DNA of 64,000 nt from an uncultured delta proteobacterium. Lineage in GTDB: Bacteria; Desulfobacterota; BSN033; UBA1163. Shown here piece by piece: positions 51,730 through 61,787 of the stretch. The first letter of the stretch is position 1. Every line of letters starts with the position of its first letter. The notes under the pieces were generated by a model. The model did no database searches, was not told the DNA's origin, and saw nothing but the letters and a program-made list of their open reading frames with translations. The stretch covers positions 66,747 through 130,746 of the forward strand of contig CAVPSJ010000001.1 of assembly GCA_963708295.1 (NCBI GenBank). The letters run 5' to 3'. The position numbers were made by a program, and so were the translations under genes.

Positions 51730-53127
51730 ATGGTACCAGTATCAATTCCTAAGAAATGGGATTATGAAGCGGATGTTGTTATTGTGGGAGGAGGCACGGC
51801 GGGTTTACCCGCAGCATGGGTAGCGGCAGAGGCAGGGGCGAAGGTCTGTGTTCTCGAGCTATTGCCCTATACCGCCCCGAGCCTTTCTCTGATTAACGTA
51901 GGGCCGGCTTTTGCCGGCACCGATGTGCAGAAAGAATTGGGGATCAAGGATTCACCCGAGGAATACTACAAAGATGGTATCGAACTCGCTAAAGGTGATC
52001 CTGCACTATGGAGAGTGTTTACTGACAATCAACTTGAGACCTATTATTGGTGCCAGCAGATCGGCATGGGCTTCGGGAAACAGCTTTTTTCTCCACCCGG
52101 GCATAGAATCAAGAGAGGGATATGGAAAAAAGGACCTGAGATGACCCGGACCCTTGAGAAGGCCGCTAAGGAGAAAGGGGTTGACATAAAATTCTCCCAT
52201 AGAGCACTGAGATTAATTACGGACCCGCAGACACGCAGAATTGTTGGACTGAAAGTCAAAGTGAAGGAAAAGGAAGAACAGAATTTTATGGCAAAGAAGG
52301 CAGTGATTCTGGCTACCGGCGGTTTCGGCCGGAATCCTGAACTGGTAGCAGAATTTGGACCTACTTTCGTCGATTGGCTTCCTACCATGGCCCACGGGCA
52401 TCTGGGCGATGGGCTGAAAATGGCCTTGGAACAAGGTGCAGCCACGGCCCATATTGGCCGCGCGGTCTCGGGGTCCTTTGCAGTCGACGTGGAGTCGAAA
52501 TCCGGCATCATGGATTTCGTAGGGTACGCGGGCGGACTGTTCGTGAACGTGAATGGTAAGAGGTTTTCAGATGAGGGGATGCGACTCAAGTTCTACGGCA
52601 TGGTTTCTGAGGAAGGGATGAAGCAGCCAGGGCATGTCTGGTTTGCAATCGTTGATGACAAAATGAAAAACAGCACCTTACGGCCCGAAATGATGCATAA
52701 GGCGAAACCGGTCCAGGCAGACACGCTTGAAGACCTGGCCAAGAAAATGGGAATTGACCCGGCGGGGCTAAAGGCGACCGTGGAAAAATATAACCACGAC
52801 CTTGATACGCTCGGGTATGATTCGGAATTTGACAGGAGAACCCAGGAGGGTTGTGAAGGAAAACCGATCAAACTCGATAAGCCTCCCTACTACGGCTATA
52901 AGTGCACGGGAGCAACTTCTTCGTTCAAGGGAGGTATCAAGATTAATACAAAGATGCAGGTGGTCAATCAGTACGGAGAGGCGATCCCGGGTCTCTATGC
53001 TGCCGGCGAATTGACCGGAGGTCTCTGGGGCAACGATTCGACCTATTTACCCTGTACCATGGTTACCGTATCCATGACCTTCGGTCGCCTGGCGGCCAAG
53101 AGTGCAGTGAAAGAATCTTCGTGGTAG
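51730..53127 (+). CDS. FAD-dependent oxidoreductase, flavocytochrome c / 3-ketosteroid dehydrogenase (FAD_binding_2) family
   Basis: VGGGTAG, LATGGF, GDGLKMA, VNVNGKRF, GLYAAGE. Confidence 0.85.
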   Translation: MVPVSIPKKWDYEADVVIVGGGTAGLPAAWVAAEAGAKVCVLELLPYTAPSLSLINVGPAFAGTDVQKELGIKDSPEEYYKDGIELAKGDPALWRVFTDNQLETYYWCQQIGMGFGKQLFSPPGHRIKRGIWKKGPEMTRTLEKAAKEKGVDIKFSHRALRLITDPQTRRIVGLKVKVKEKEEQNFMAKKAVILATGGFGRNPELVAEFGPTFVDWLPTMAHGHLGDGLKMALEQGAATAHIGRAVSGSFAVDVESKSGIMDFVGYAGGLFVNVNGKRFSDEGMRLKFYGMVSEEGMKQPGHVWFAIVDDKMKNSTLRPEMMHKAKPVQADTLEDLAKKMGIDPAGLKATVEKYNHDLDTLGYDSEFDRRTQEGCEGKPIKLDKPPYYGYKCTGATSSFKGGIKINTKMQVVNQYGEAIPGLYAAGELTGGLWGNDSTYLPCTMVTVSMTFGRLAAKSAVKESSW

Positions 53128-53133
53128 ATTATT

Positions 53134-53604
53134 TTGAGCGGGCAGCTTGTGATAGAAGATTTCAGAAGATTATTGCCGCAGATTGCGGAACTGAAGCAAC
53201 TTGTCAGCGACGGTGAGATCGTTTGCTGGGAAGCCTATGACGGGTCCGGCAAGCTCATCGGGTTTGCTTTTGTTAAAGATATCCCGGAGGCAGTGGCTGA
53301 TATCCCAGGTGCGGAAGATATGGACAGGTATCAGGTTTTCGGCATCGTTGATCCAAAGGAATACAAGATGATCAACCTTGACATAGCGATTCATCCGGAG
53401 ATGACGAAAGAACCATGGACCATGGATGTGGCCGAACCGGCCTTCGAAAAACAATTTATGGGACTGATGGTAGAAGAAGTTAACTTATCTCCTGATGGAA
53501 AAATCGATGCCATTACTGACGCGACGCTTTCTTCAACCTGGATTACCGATGGGATACGGCAAAAAGTGCAAGAAATCATCGAGAAGGCAAAAGCTAAACC
53601 CTAG
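53134..53604 (+). CDS. FMN-binding domain protein
   Basis: RnfG-like FEKQFMG...IDAITDATLSS. Confidence 0.65.
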   Translation: MSGQLVIEDFRRLLPQIAELKQLVSDGEIVCWEAYDGSGKLIGFAFVKDIPEAVADIPGAEDMDRYQVFGIVDPKEYKMINLDIAIHPEMTKEPWTMDVAEPAFEKQFMGLMVEEVNLSPDGKIDAITDATLSSTWITDGIRQKVQEIIEKAKAKP

Positions 53605-53717
53605 CAGGAGCAACTTCTTACCACCTCGCCGAGAAGGTGAGGCGGCCGGACATCGAAGCAGATGGGCGTTTTTCGGCAGCTGTTACATGAGCTGAAGTCG
53701 AAGGCGGATCGAGGGAA

Positions 53718-54587
53718 ATGGTCCAGATCATAAAGGATGTCCAAAATGCGCTGGGGACTTTTGTTACCGTCACGGTGATACATCCCGATCTAAGCGAAGG
53801 AATCAGCGCAGTACGTGCTGCTTTTGATGAGGTCCATCGCATCCATCACCTGATGAATGTCCATGAGCAAAATAGCGAAGTAGGCGTTCTTAACAGAGAA
53901 GGTCATTATGAAGGGGCGAGCGACGATACAAGACATGTGATTCAAAGGGCAAACTCCTTCTCTGAACAGTTTGAAGGTGCCTTCGACATCACGGTATTAC
54001 CCCTTTTGAAATTGTGGGAAGAAAACATTTCTAAAGATAGGATTCCCACAGATTCCGAAATCGGTGAAAGATTGGAGTTTGTTAATTACAGGAATATTTC
54101 TATAGAAGGCAGGAACATCCGCTTTAAGAAATGTGGGATGGGCATTACTTTGGCGGGAGTTGCCAAAGGATATGCTGTCGATAAAGCCACTGAAGCTCTG
54201 CGTCGGTTTCATATTAAGCATGCGCTGGTAAATGCCGGAGGGGATATCAGGGTGATTGGGGGAAAAGGCGAGAGCCTCCCTTGGAGAATTGGCATACGGG
54301 ACCCCAGAAGTAAAACCCGAATCATCATTGCGGTTGAACTCCATGACCAGGCGATAGCCACCAGCGGAACCTACCGTAGATCATTCAATGACATCCTCAA
54401 TCCCAGGATGGGAAGACCCGCTCAAGGCGTATTAAGCTCAACGGTCGTTACCAGGACAGCGATGGACGCCGATATGTTAGCCACTTGCATGTATATACTA
54501 GACGCCGAAAAGGGCGCGGAGCTGATTGGGAAGTTGGACGGAGTAAAGGCTTTCGTCATAGGAAACGATGGAAGTTTCCTGAACTAA
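53718..54587 (+). CDS. apbE: FAD:protein FMN transferase (ApbE family)
   Basis: GAFDITV, AKGYAVD, NAGGD, WRIGIRDP, ATSG, ADMLAT. Confidence 0.85.
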   Translation: MVQIIKDVQNALGTFVTVTVIHPDLSEGISAVRAAFDEVHRIHHLMNVHEQNSEVGVLNREGHYEGASDDTRHVIQRANSFSEQFEGAFDITVLPLLKLWEENISKDRIPTDSEIGERLEFVNYRNISIEGRNIRFKKCGMGITLAGVAKGYAVDKATEALRRFHIKHALVNAGGDIRVIGGKGESLPWRIGIRDPRSKTRIIIAVELHDQAIATSGTYRRSFNDILNPRMGRPAQGVLSSTVVTRTAMDADMLATCMYILDAEKGAELIGKLDGVKAFVIGNDGSFLN

Positions 54588-54659
54588 TAACGACAGCGCC
54601 TAAGAAAACAGGGGAGAGGCTTCCAAACCTATTTCGGAGGTTGAGCTTTGAGGCAGGGT

Positions 54660-55904
54660 ATGAACAAAGAGACCCGTGATTTACCGTTGAGCCCTTATCG
54701 AGTTTTGGATCTAACCAATGAAAAGGGCTATTTTTGTGGCAAAATCCTAGGGGACCTGGGCGCCGACGTTATCAAGATTGAGCCCCCGAAAGGAGACCCG
54801 GGAAGGAATATCGGTCCCTTTTATCATGGCCAGCAGGATAAAGAGAAGAGTCTTTTTTTCTTCGCCTACAATGCGAACAAAAGAAGCATCACGCTGAATA
54901 TTCAAACCCATGAGGGGCAGGAGATATTCAAGAGGTTAGCGAAGACTGCGGATTTCGTGATCGAGTCTTTTAACCCCGGCACCATGGATAAGATAGGGTT
55001 AGGTTACTCTGTTCTAAAGGGTGTTCATCCTCGTGTCATTATGGTTTCCATCACCCCCTTTGGACAGGATGGCCCCTACAAGGATTGGAAGGCTTCCGAT
55101 ATTGTAGCAATCGCCATGGGCGGCTTATCCCACATCACAGGAAGTCCTGACCGTCCTCCAGCGAGGGTCGGCGTGGATCAAGCCCATGCGATTGCCGGCG
55201 CTCAAGGAGCAATGGGTGCGATGATCGCCCATTACTATCGCGAGGCCACTGGGAAAGGACAGTATGTTGATACCTCCACGCAGGAAAGCGCCGTGTTGTC
55301 TGCGTTGACAGTTCCACAGGCCTGGGACCTGCAAAGATTTATCTGGCCGAGAGAAGGTGCTTATATGTCACGGGCCAGGAAGCGTGTTCGTCATCTCTGG
55401 CCTTGTAAAGACGGTTATATCGCGTGGAGACTGTTCACAGGCGGCCTGGGAGTGAAAACACGGGCACTGGTGGAGTGGATGGAAAGCGAAGGACAAGCAG
55501 ATGATCTCGCAGGGGTGAACTGGCAACAGATGGATTTACTCACTGTCCCTGGGGAAAAGTTCTATTATTGGCAGGAGCTTTTCGGGAAGTTCTTCAAAAC
55601 CCGTACGAAGGCGGAGCTTTGCAGGGAAGCACTTGCCAGAGGGATTGTGCTTATTCCAGCCAGTACTCCAAAAGATTTGCTGGCGGATCCCCAGCTTGAA
55701 GCCAGAGATTACTGGGAGGAAATCAATTACCCTGAACTGGAGACGACCATTACCTCTCCCGGCGCGTTATATAAATCGTCCGAGATAGAATGGGAGTTTC
55801 GTCGCGCCCCTTTGCTGGGTGAGCACAATCGGGAGGTCTACGAGGAGGAGTTCGGGTTTACCAAGGAAACACTCACATCGCTAAAGCAGAGTGGGGTTAT
55901 CTGA
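54660..55904 (+). CDS. Class III CoA transferase (CaiB/BaiF; BbsE-like)
   Basis: LGDLGADVIKIEPPKGD, NKRSITL, FGQDGP, APLLGEH. Confidence 0.9.
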   Translation: MNKETRDLPLSPYRVLDLTNEKGYFCGKILGDLGADVIKIEPPKGDPGRNIGPFYHGQQDKEKSLFFFAYNANKRSITLNIQTHEGQEIFKRLAKTADFVIESFNPGTMDKIGLGYSVLKGVHPRVIMVSITPFGQDGPYKDWKASDIVAIAMGGLSHITGSPDRPPARVGVDQAHAIAGAQGAMGAMIAHYYREATGKGQYVDTSTQESAVLSALTVPQAWDLQRFIWPREGAYMSRARKRVRHLWPCKDGYIAWRLFTGGLGVKTRALVEWMESEGQADDLAGVNWQQMDLLTVPGEKFYYWQELFGKFFKTRTKAELCREALARGIVLIPASTPKDLLADPQLEARDYWEEINYPELETTITSPGALYKSSEIEWEFRRAPLLGEHNREVYEEEFGFTKETLTSLKQSGVI

Positions 55905-55947
55905 TCGTCGATGGGATAGGTTTGAACGATTCTGACAGGGGTTTCAT

Positions 55948-57165
55948 TTGACAGCGCAGGCACTCGAAGGACTGAAGGTTGCTGATTTTTCATGGTATAT
56001 TGCCGGCCCCAGCATTACGATGTGGCTTGCCCATCACGGAGCGCAGGTTATTCGGATAGAGTCCCTGACCCGACCGGACGAACTGAGGGGGATCGAGCCA
56101 TTCAAGGACGGCATCCCGGGCATCAACCGAAGCGGCTGTTATGCCAATTATAATAGCAACAAGTATGGAATGGCACTTAACCTGAAGCGCCCAAAGGGGT
56201 TGGGGTTGGCCAGAAAGATTGTGTCCTGGGCCGATGTTGCGGTTGAAAATTTTACTCCAGGAACCATGGAAAAAAAATGGGGCCTGGGATATGAGGGAAT
56301 GAAAAAGATCCGGCCCGATATTATTATGCTTAGCACAAGCGGGCTCGGACAAACCGGACCGGAATCACAGCAGCCGGGCTTTGGGCTTGAGCTCGTCAGT
56401 AGAGCCGGTTTCCCTCATTTCGTAGGATGGCCTGATCAGGATGCGGTTGGGGTGGGTTACCCGTACACGGACACGGTCAGTCCTCCCATCGCCGTGATTG
56501 CCATCATGGCTGCTTTGGAGTATCGACGTAGAACAGGCAAGGGACAATACATTGACCTTTCCCAGCATGAGATTGCCGTCCAGCATCTGGCTCCGGCTAT
56601 CCTGGACTACACGGCAAACGGGCGGGAAGGGGGCAGGATAGGCAACCATCATCCGGACGCTGCTCCCCACGGAGCTTATCGGTGTCAGGGGGAGGACCGA
56701 TGGTGCACGATTGCTGTGTTTAATAATGAAGAATGGGAGGCATTCTGCAAGGTTCTGGGTCGCCCGGAATGGACCCGGGATTCAAAATTCGCTACAGTAC
56801 AGTCGAGAAAAACAAATGAAGAGGAGCTCGACAAGCTGGTGGGAAGCTGGGCGTCTAAATTGTCGGCTGAGGAAGTGATGCATCGAATGCAAGACGCTGG
56901 AATTGCAGCGGGGGTGGTCCAGAGTGGGAAGGACCTGATTGAAGACCCTCAGCTAAAACACCGTCATCACTTCTGGTACCTGAATCATCCTGAAATGGGG
57001 AGCTGTGCGTATGACGGTCCACCGTTTAAACTCTCCGAAACTCCGGCTGAACTCCGCATGCCTGCGCCGTGCCTGGGTGAGCATACAGAATACGTTTGTA
57101 CACAGATTCTTGGTGTGTCTGACGAGGAATTCATAGAATTGTTAACCGAGGGGGTTTTTGAGTAG
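55948..57165 (+). CDS. Class III CoA transferase (CaiB/BaiF; BbsF-like)
   Basis: GAQVIRIES, ENFTPG, YTD catalytic Asp, TGKGQYIDLS, APCLGEH. Confidence 0.9.
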   Translation: MTAQALEGLKVADFSWYIAGPSITMWLAHHGAQVIRIESLTRPDELRGIEPFKDGIPGINRSGCYANYNSNKYGMALNLKRPKGLGLARKIVSWADVAVENFTPGTMEKKWGLGYEGMKKIRPDIIMLSTSGLGQTGPESQQPGFGLELVSRAGFPHFVGWPDQDAVGVGYPYTDTVSPPIAVIAIMAALEYRRRTGKGQYIDLSQHEIAVQHLAPAILDYTANGREGGRIGNHHPDAAPHGAYRCQGEDRWCTIAVFNNEEWEAFCKVLGRPEWTRDSKFATVQSRKTNEEELDKLVGSWASKLSAEEVMHRMQDAGIAAGVVQSGKDLIEDPQLKHRHHFWYLNHPEMGSCAYDGPPFKLSETPAELRMPAPCLGEHTEYVCTQILGVSDEEFIELLTEGVFE

Positions 57166-57315
57166 TAATTTGGGAAAGATCATTGCAAAATGGTCAATTA
57201 ACAATCTAACACATTACTAATTTTGGGATGCTAATTTTGCAATTTACATTTATGTTTTATGCTGTACCCTGATATCCCAGTTGCCCGAGTCGTGGCACGT
57301 AAGGAGGAGGCTTTT

Positions 57316-58070
57316 ATGCCAGTGCTTATTTACGAGAAGAAGGATGGGGTTGCTTACATTACCCTGAATCGTCCGGATAAGATGAATGCGATCAATACCG
57401 AGCTGATGAATGAGCTGGCAAAGACTTGGGTCGATTTTAGAGACGACGACAGCGCCTGGGTCGCTGTCTTAACAGGGGCAGGAAAACTTTTTTGCGCTGG
57501 AGCTGATTTCCAGAGCATTGGCGAGCCGGGGATACAGGAGGGGTTCAACGTTCTGCGCGAAGATCCGAATCATTACCAGGTCTATAAGCCGATTCTTTGC
57601 GCGATCAACGGCCCAGTAATCGGTCGTGCGATCTCACTGGTACTCGCTTGCGATATCAGGATTGCCGCCGAAAACGTGGAATTCAGCGTTCCGGAGGTAA
57701 AGTTTGGCGTCATTCCCGGCGGGGCGGACGTTCTCGAACGTTTTATCCCTCCAGGGATCGCCCGTGAGATGCTCTTCTTCGGTGAAAAGATGAATGCCCA
57801 GAGGGCCTACGAGGTTGGTCTTGTCAACAGGGTGGTTCCCCAGGACAAACTGATGAGTGAAGCGGCTGCCATGGCAGGAAAACTGGCGAACAATTCTCCG
57901 CTGGCCATGAGGGGGCTCAAAGAGATGTTTATGAGAAGTAAAGATTTGGATTACCGGACGGCTGCTGGCATATACGAAACGACCAATAGTCGTGTTTTGA
58001 GAAGCAAAGATCATGAAGAGGGGATGAAGGCGATGGGGAAAGGCGAAAGCCCCAGTGGCAGGGAAAGTAA
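57316..58070 (+). CDS. Enoyl-CoA hydratase/isomerase; probable frameshift near 58037
   Basis: LNRPDKMNA, FCAGAD, CDIRIA, PEVKFG; alternative frame gives the typical end ERRKPQWQGK*. Confidence 0.88.
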
Positions 58071-58347
58071 CCTTGGCAGGCTGATACACCCCCTGCGGCG
58101 TCCCCAGCGGGGAGAGGGGAAGGGGTGAGGGCGTCATTACGAGGAAGTGACTAACGTGCCAATCTGGACATTTTGCAAGCCTGGAATCGCAATCGTACTA
58201 GCAATAACCATTCAGTTGACTATGAGAAGTAGAGGGGGTGATCAGGTACTGATAATTGTGTTGAGGACGGGAAGTGTAGAGCGCTATCGCTCATGAGAGA
58301 ATGGATAACAAGGTGTCGCTAAATAAATCTGTCAAAGGAGTGTGAAT

Positions 58348-58770
58348 ATGGCAGGACAAGTTCCTTTCAAAGAAGGTTTACTGACAATGCCGCTATCTCC
58401 GCTGGAAAACGTTCGCCTGAAAGGTGTTAAATGCCGGGCGTGCGGTAGTCTTGCCTTAGGCGAAAGCAAATACTGCATCAACTGCACAAGCAAAGATGTG
58501 GAAGAATACGTCTTTAGCAAATACGGGAAGATATACTCCTATACCGTTATTCGGCACGCGCCTCCGCCCCCCTATCCTCAGGAGTCGTTCAAACCCTTTC
58601 CTGTGGCCTGGGTGGAATTGGAGGACGGGCTCTTCCTCGTATCCGAGATCACGGGATGCGGTCTGGATGAATTAGACTTCGGTAAGCGCGTGGAGTTAGC
58701 GCTGGGCAAAGGTTGGGTGGACGATAAGGGAAATGATGTGGTGATGTACAAATTCAAATTGATCAAATAG
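58348..58770 (+). CDS. Zn-ribbon/OB-fold protein (DUF35)
   Basis: CRACG..YCINC, GKIYSYTVI, VELEDG. Confidence 0.88.
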   Translation: MAGQVPFKEGLLTMPLSPLENVRLKGVKCRACGSLALGESKYCINCTSKDVEEYVFSKYGKIYSYTVIRHAPPPPYPQESFKPFPVAWVELEDGLFLVSEITGCGLDELDFGKRVELALGKGWVDDKGNDVVMYKFKLIK

Positions 58771-58874
58771 ACCGCGTTAGAAATAACGGGGTATTTAGTA
58801 AGTTTTTTTTATAAGAAATAAGTATAGAGATCTATATTATCCCCGCCGTAGATGGCGGGCATTTCTAACAGGGT
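58771..58874. repeat. Second copy of the ACCCCGTTAGAAA-type inverted-repeat element
   Basis: ACCGCGTTAGAAAT / ATTTCTAACAGGGT with inner hairpin CCCGCC GTAGAT GGCGGG. Confidence 0.65.
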
Positions 58875-58891
58875 GGACGAAGGAGAAAACG

Positions 58892-59552
58892 ATGGCAAAT
58901 GAAGCAGTCATAACGGGTGTAGGGATACACAAATTTGGCCGGTTTCCTGCGGAGAGTGTCGAAGAGTTGGGGAAGTACGCTATCGATATGGCATTGGCGG
59001 ATGCCCATATTGAATTCAAGGATGTGCAGGCGATGTTCCTGTCCAACAGCGGGACCATCTATCCGGGGATAGGACCGAAGACAGCTTTTTTGTTCGGAAG
59101 AACGACGATCCCGATCGTCAACGTCGAGGCTGCCTGTTCCGGGGGAGGCGCCTGCCTGCGCATGGCCCAGATGACGATCAAGCAGGGAGAATATGATATT
59201 GTCCTTGCCGTGGGCGTCGAAAAGCAGCCCAAGGGGTTTCTGGCTCCCACTATTTCTGGATACGAGCCATGGCAAGCGCTTGCCGGGTTGGATGAGAATC
59301 CCATGTACTGGGCGATGGATGCCCGGCTCCACATGGCCAAATATGGGACGACCCTCGAGCAGATCGCACAGGTGTCCGTCAAGAATCACAAGAACGGGGT
59401 ATTGAACCCGAATGCCATGTATCAAAAGGCAGACACCTCTTGAAGAAGTACTTCAGTCCAGGGTTGTTTGCGATCCCCTCACGCTTTTAATGTTCTGTGC
59501 TCCGAATGATGGGGCCGCGGCAGTGGTGCTGTGCAGCAAGAAGGTCGCAAGG
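58892..59552 (+). CDS. Thiolase family protein (SCP2-type), frameshift near 59435, truncated at junction
   Basis: GVGIHKFG, NVEAACSGG, KNHKNG; continues EEVLQSR..DPLT..DGAAAVVL then switches to AT-rich DNA. Confidence 0.82.
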
Positions 59553-60099
59553 ATTATATGGTGGAAAAACCAATTCTTCCTCACTTAAAGATTTTCTAAC
59601 TCTAGGGACCTAGATTATCTGTAAAAACCAGATAGTTTGATATTCCAATTAAAGATATTTCAGAATTTATCAGCTCAGTATTTAATCTTGTTAAGTTGTA
59701 TAATATATCACTTCCGATTTTATTGACTAATTGGTCAATCTCATCTAAGATAATAATCAATAATACTTTTTTATTGTCTAACGCATTAATGAATATTTTA
59801 TAAATTTCCTGGGTGGGTAATCCTGTAGCAGGAACTTCTTCACCAAATTCTCTTGTTAGTTGGGCAACTAATCTGTATTCAGTGTCAACAATTCTTTTTA
59901 GCTTGCAATTTAAGTATAATATCTTGACAGGTAAATTATTTTTTTCTGCAACCTTGGCTATTTCATTAGTAACGTTAGTTATTGTTAAACTCTTTCCAGT
60001 TCCTGTTTTTCCATAGCAGAATAAGTTAGATGGCTTTTCCATCCTCAGGGTAGGCGCAAGTATACTGGCAACAGCATGTATTTGTTCTTCTCTACCTGG
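59553..60099 (-). CDS. cdc6: Archaeal-type Cdc6/Orc1 replication initiator, internal fragment
   Basis: REEQI..ILAP, Walker A YGKTGTGKS, Walker B LDEID, SLSEEELVFPPYN; strongly AT-rich. Confidence 0.8.
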
Positions 60100-60269
60100 C
60101 CGCTGCTTTTCCGCCGATGCTGATGGGCTTGAACAGTCTGCTTCTCAGCCACGGTGTGAACGAACCGTTCCGCAAATCCGCAACCATCCTGTCGTTCGTC
60201 TTCCTGATCGGCATCGTCACGCTCATCTGGGCGCCGGAAACCAAAGGCAAACCGCTGCCGGAAGACTGA
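60093..60269 (+). CDS. MFS transporter, C-terminal fragment
   Basis: ..ILSFVFLIGIVTLIWAPETKGKPLPED*. Confidence 0.65.
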   Translation, partial: YLAAAFPPMLMGLNSLLLSHGVNEPFRKSATILSFVFLIGIVTLIWAPETKGKPLPED

Positions 60270-60305
60270 GTGGGAAAGGCGAAGTCAGTAGCTTCACGTC
60301 CCGCC

Positions 60306-61699
60306 TCATCCGCGCGGCCAGAAGCGCAGCCAGAAGCGTTGCGGGGATTGGATCAGGATTTCGCGGAGCAAGTCCTCCATGCTGGCGGCCTCGGGTTCGT
60401 CCAGCCGGCGGGCCAGGGCGAGCGTCACCAGAAACGCCAGCGCCGCGGCGGCGAAGAAGACGGTGTAGCGGTTCCACGCCAGGCCCAGCCAGACCGGCGC
60501 GCGCGCCGACGGCGTCAATGAGCAATCCCCAGCCGATGGGCGCGAGGCCGAGCGTGACGTTGCCGACGACGGAGTAGATGGCGAAGAAATGGTTGCGGCC
60601 CATGACGGGAATGACGGCCATGGCGAGGCGGGTGTTGGCCATGTTGGACCAGCGCGGCCAGCAGGCCCATCAGGAATTGCAGCACCAGCACGCTGCGCAG
60701 CTTCACGCGGGAAGACGCCGCCCGCCAGCGCGATCCAGCCCGCCAGCACGGCCATCCAGCCGGCGAAGGCAGAAGGTCAGCACCGGTTTGCTGCCCAGCC
60801 GGTCCAGCCGCGAGCCGAGCAACCACAGACTGCTCAGGCCGCCGAGAAAGGCGACGGAAGTTGACGAGCAGAATCTGGCCTTCGGACATGCCGGTTTCGG
60901 CTCTTGAGGAAGGCGACGGTGAACGCCGTCAAGCCGCCATAGGCGACCGACCACGCGACCACGGTGCGCAGCAGTTTCCGGAACGGCGCGATAGCGGATC
61001 ATTTCCAGCCAGGGCACGCGGCTCTTGGAGGCGCGGGTTCCTCGGGCATCTCGGCACGTCGGGAATGCGCTTGAGGAAGGTGAGGCTGACCGCGCCCATG
61101 ACGGCGCTGAAGGCAAAGAGGACGGCGAATTGCCACGGCTGCGGGTCTGCCCGCGCGAGGCAGGCCGCGGCGATGAGGAAGGTGATGAAGCTGGCGAGGT
61201 TCTGGACGGCGGCGTCGCGGGCGAGGTATTTGCCGCGCAACGGCGGCCGGGACCAGCGCGGTGATCCACGGCAGCCAGGCGCAACTGGAGATGCCGCGCG
61301 AGAGGTTGAAGCAGAACAGCAGCATCAGCATCAGCGCGAGGCGGTTGCGCGGCGTTGAGGAACGACGCCGGTCAGCGGCACCAGCGCCATGCGCGAAGAT
61401 GAACATGACGCGCGTGCCCCAGCCGGCATAGCACGAAGCGTTTGATAGCCGATGCGGGGGATGTGGCTGGCGGCCGGAATTTGGAAGATGACCAGCAGCG
61501 GCATCATGCCGGCGATGATGCCCAGCACGGTGGCGCTGGCGCCGAGCGTCTTGGCGTAGAGCACCATCGGGCTGTTGAGCACGATCTGGTACGACAGCGC
61601 GTTGAAGGTCGCAAAGAGATAGGCGTTGTGCAGGCCGGGCGGAAAACGAATTCTCCCGCCCGTCTCGCTCAGGGCTGGTTCGTGGATGTTTGCGGGCAT
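60306..61699 (-). CDS. MFS transporter, multiply frameshifted
   Basis: Hydrophobic segments spread over several overlapping ORFs (NAYLFATFNALS; AWLPWIT; DRLGSKPV). Confidence 0.65.
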
Positions 61700-61787
61700 G
61701 CGCCGGCTTTCCCAAAACGGAATCGCCGTGCCGGACTTGCGCCGACACGGCGATGGTAGATTCAGGGCAGTTGCCCGGGCCGGCGGG

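Noticed and set aside
13552-57250. Heptamer tracts and hairpins as a CRISPR array
   Set aside because: No constant 25-40 bp repeat with unique spacers and no cas genes
5300-59440. Programmed frameshifting or Sec/Pyl recoding for the split genes
   Set aside because: Breaks are frame changes rather than in-frame UGA/UAG, with no consistent slippery site
59553-60099. Horizontal transfer of archaeal cdc6
   Set aside because: Internal fragment only, with mid-gene breaks on both sides into unrelated DNA; artefact is more likely
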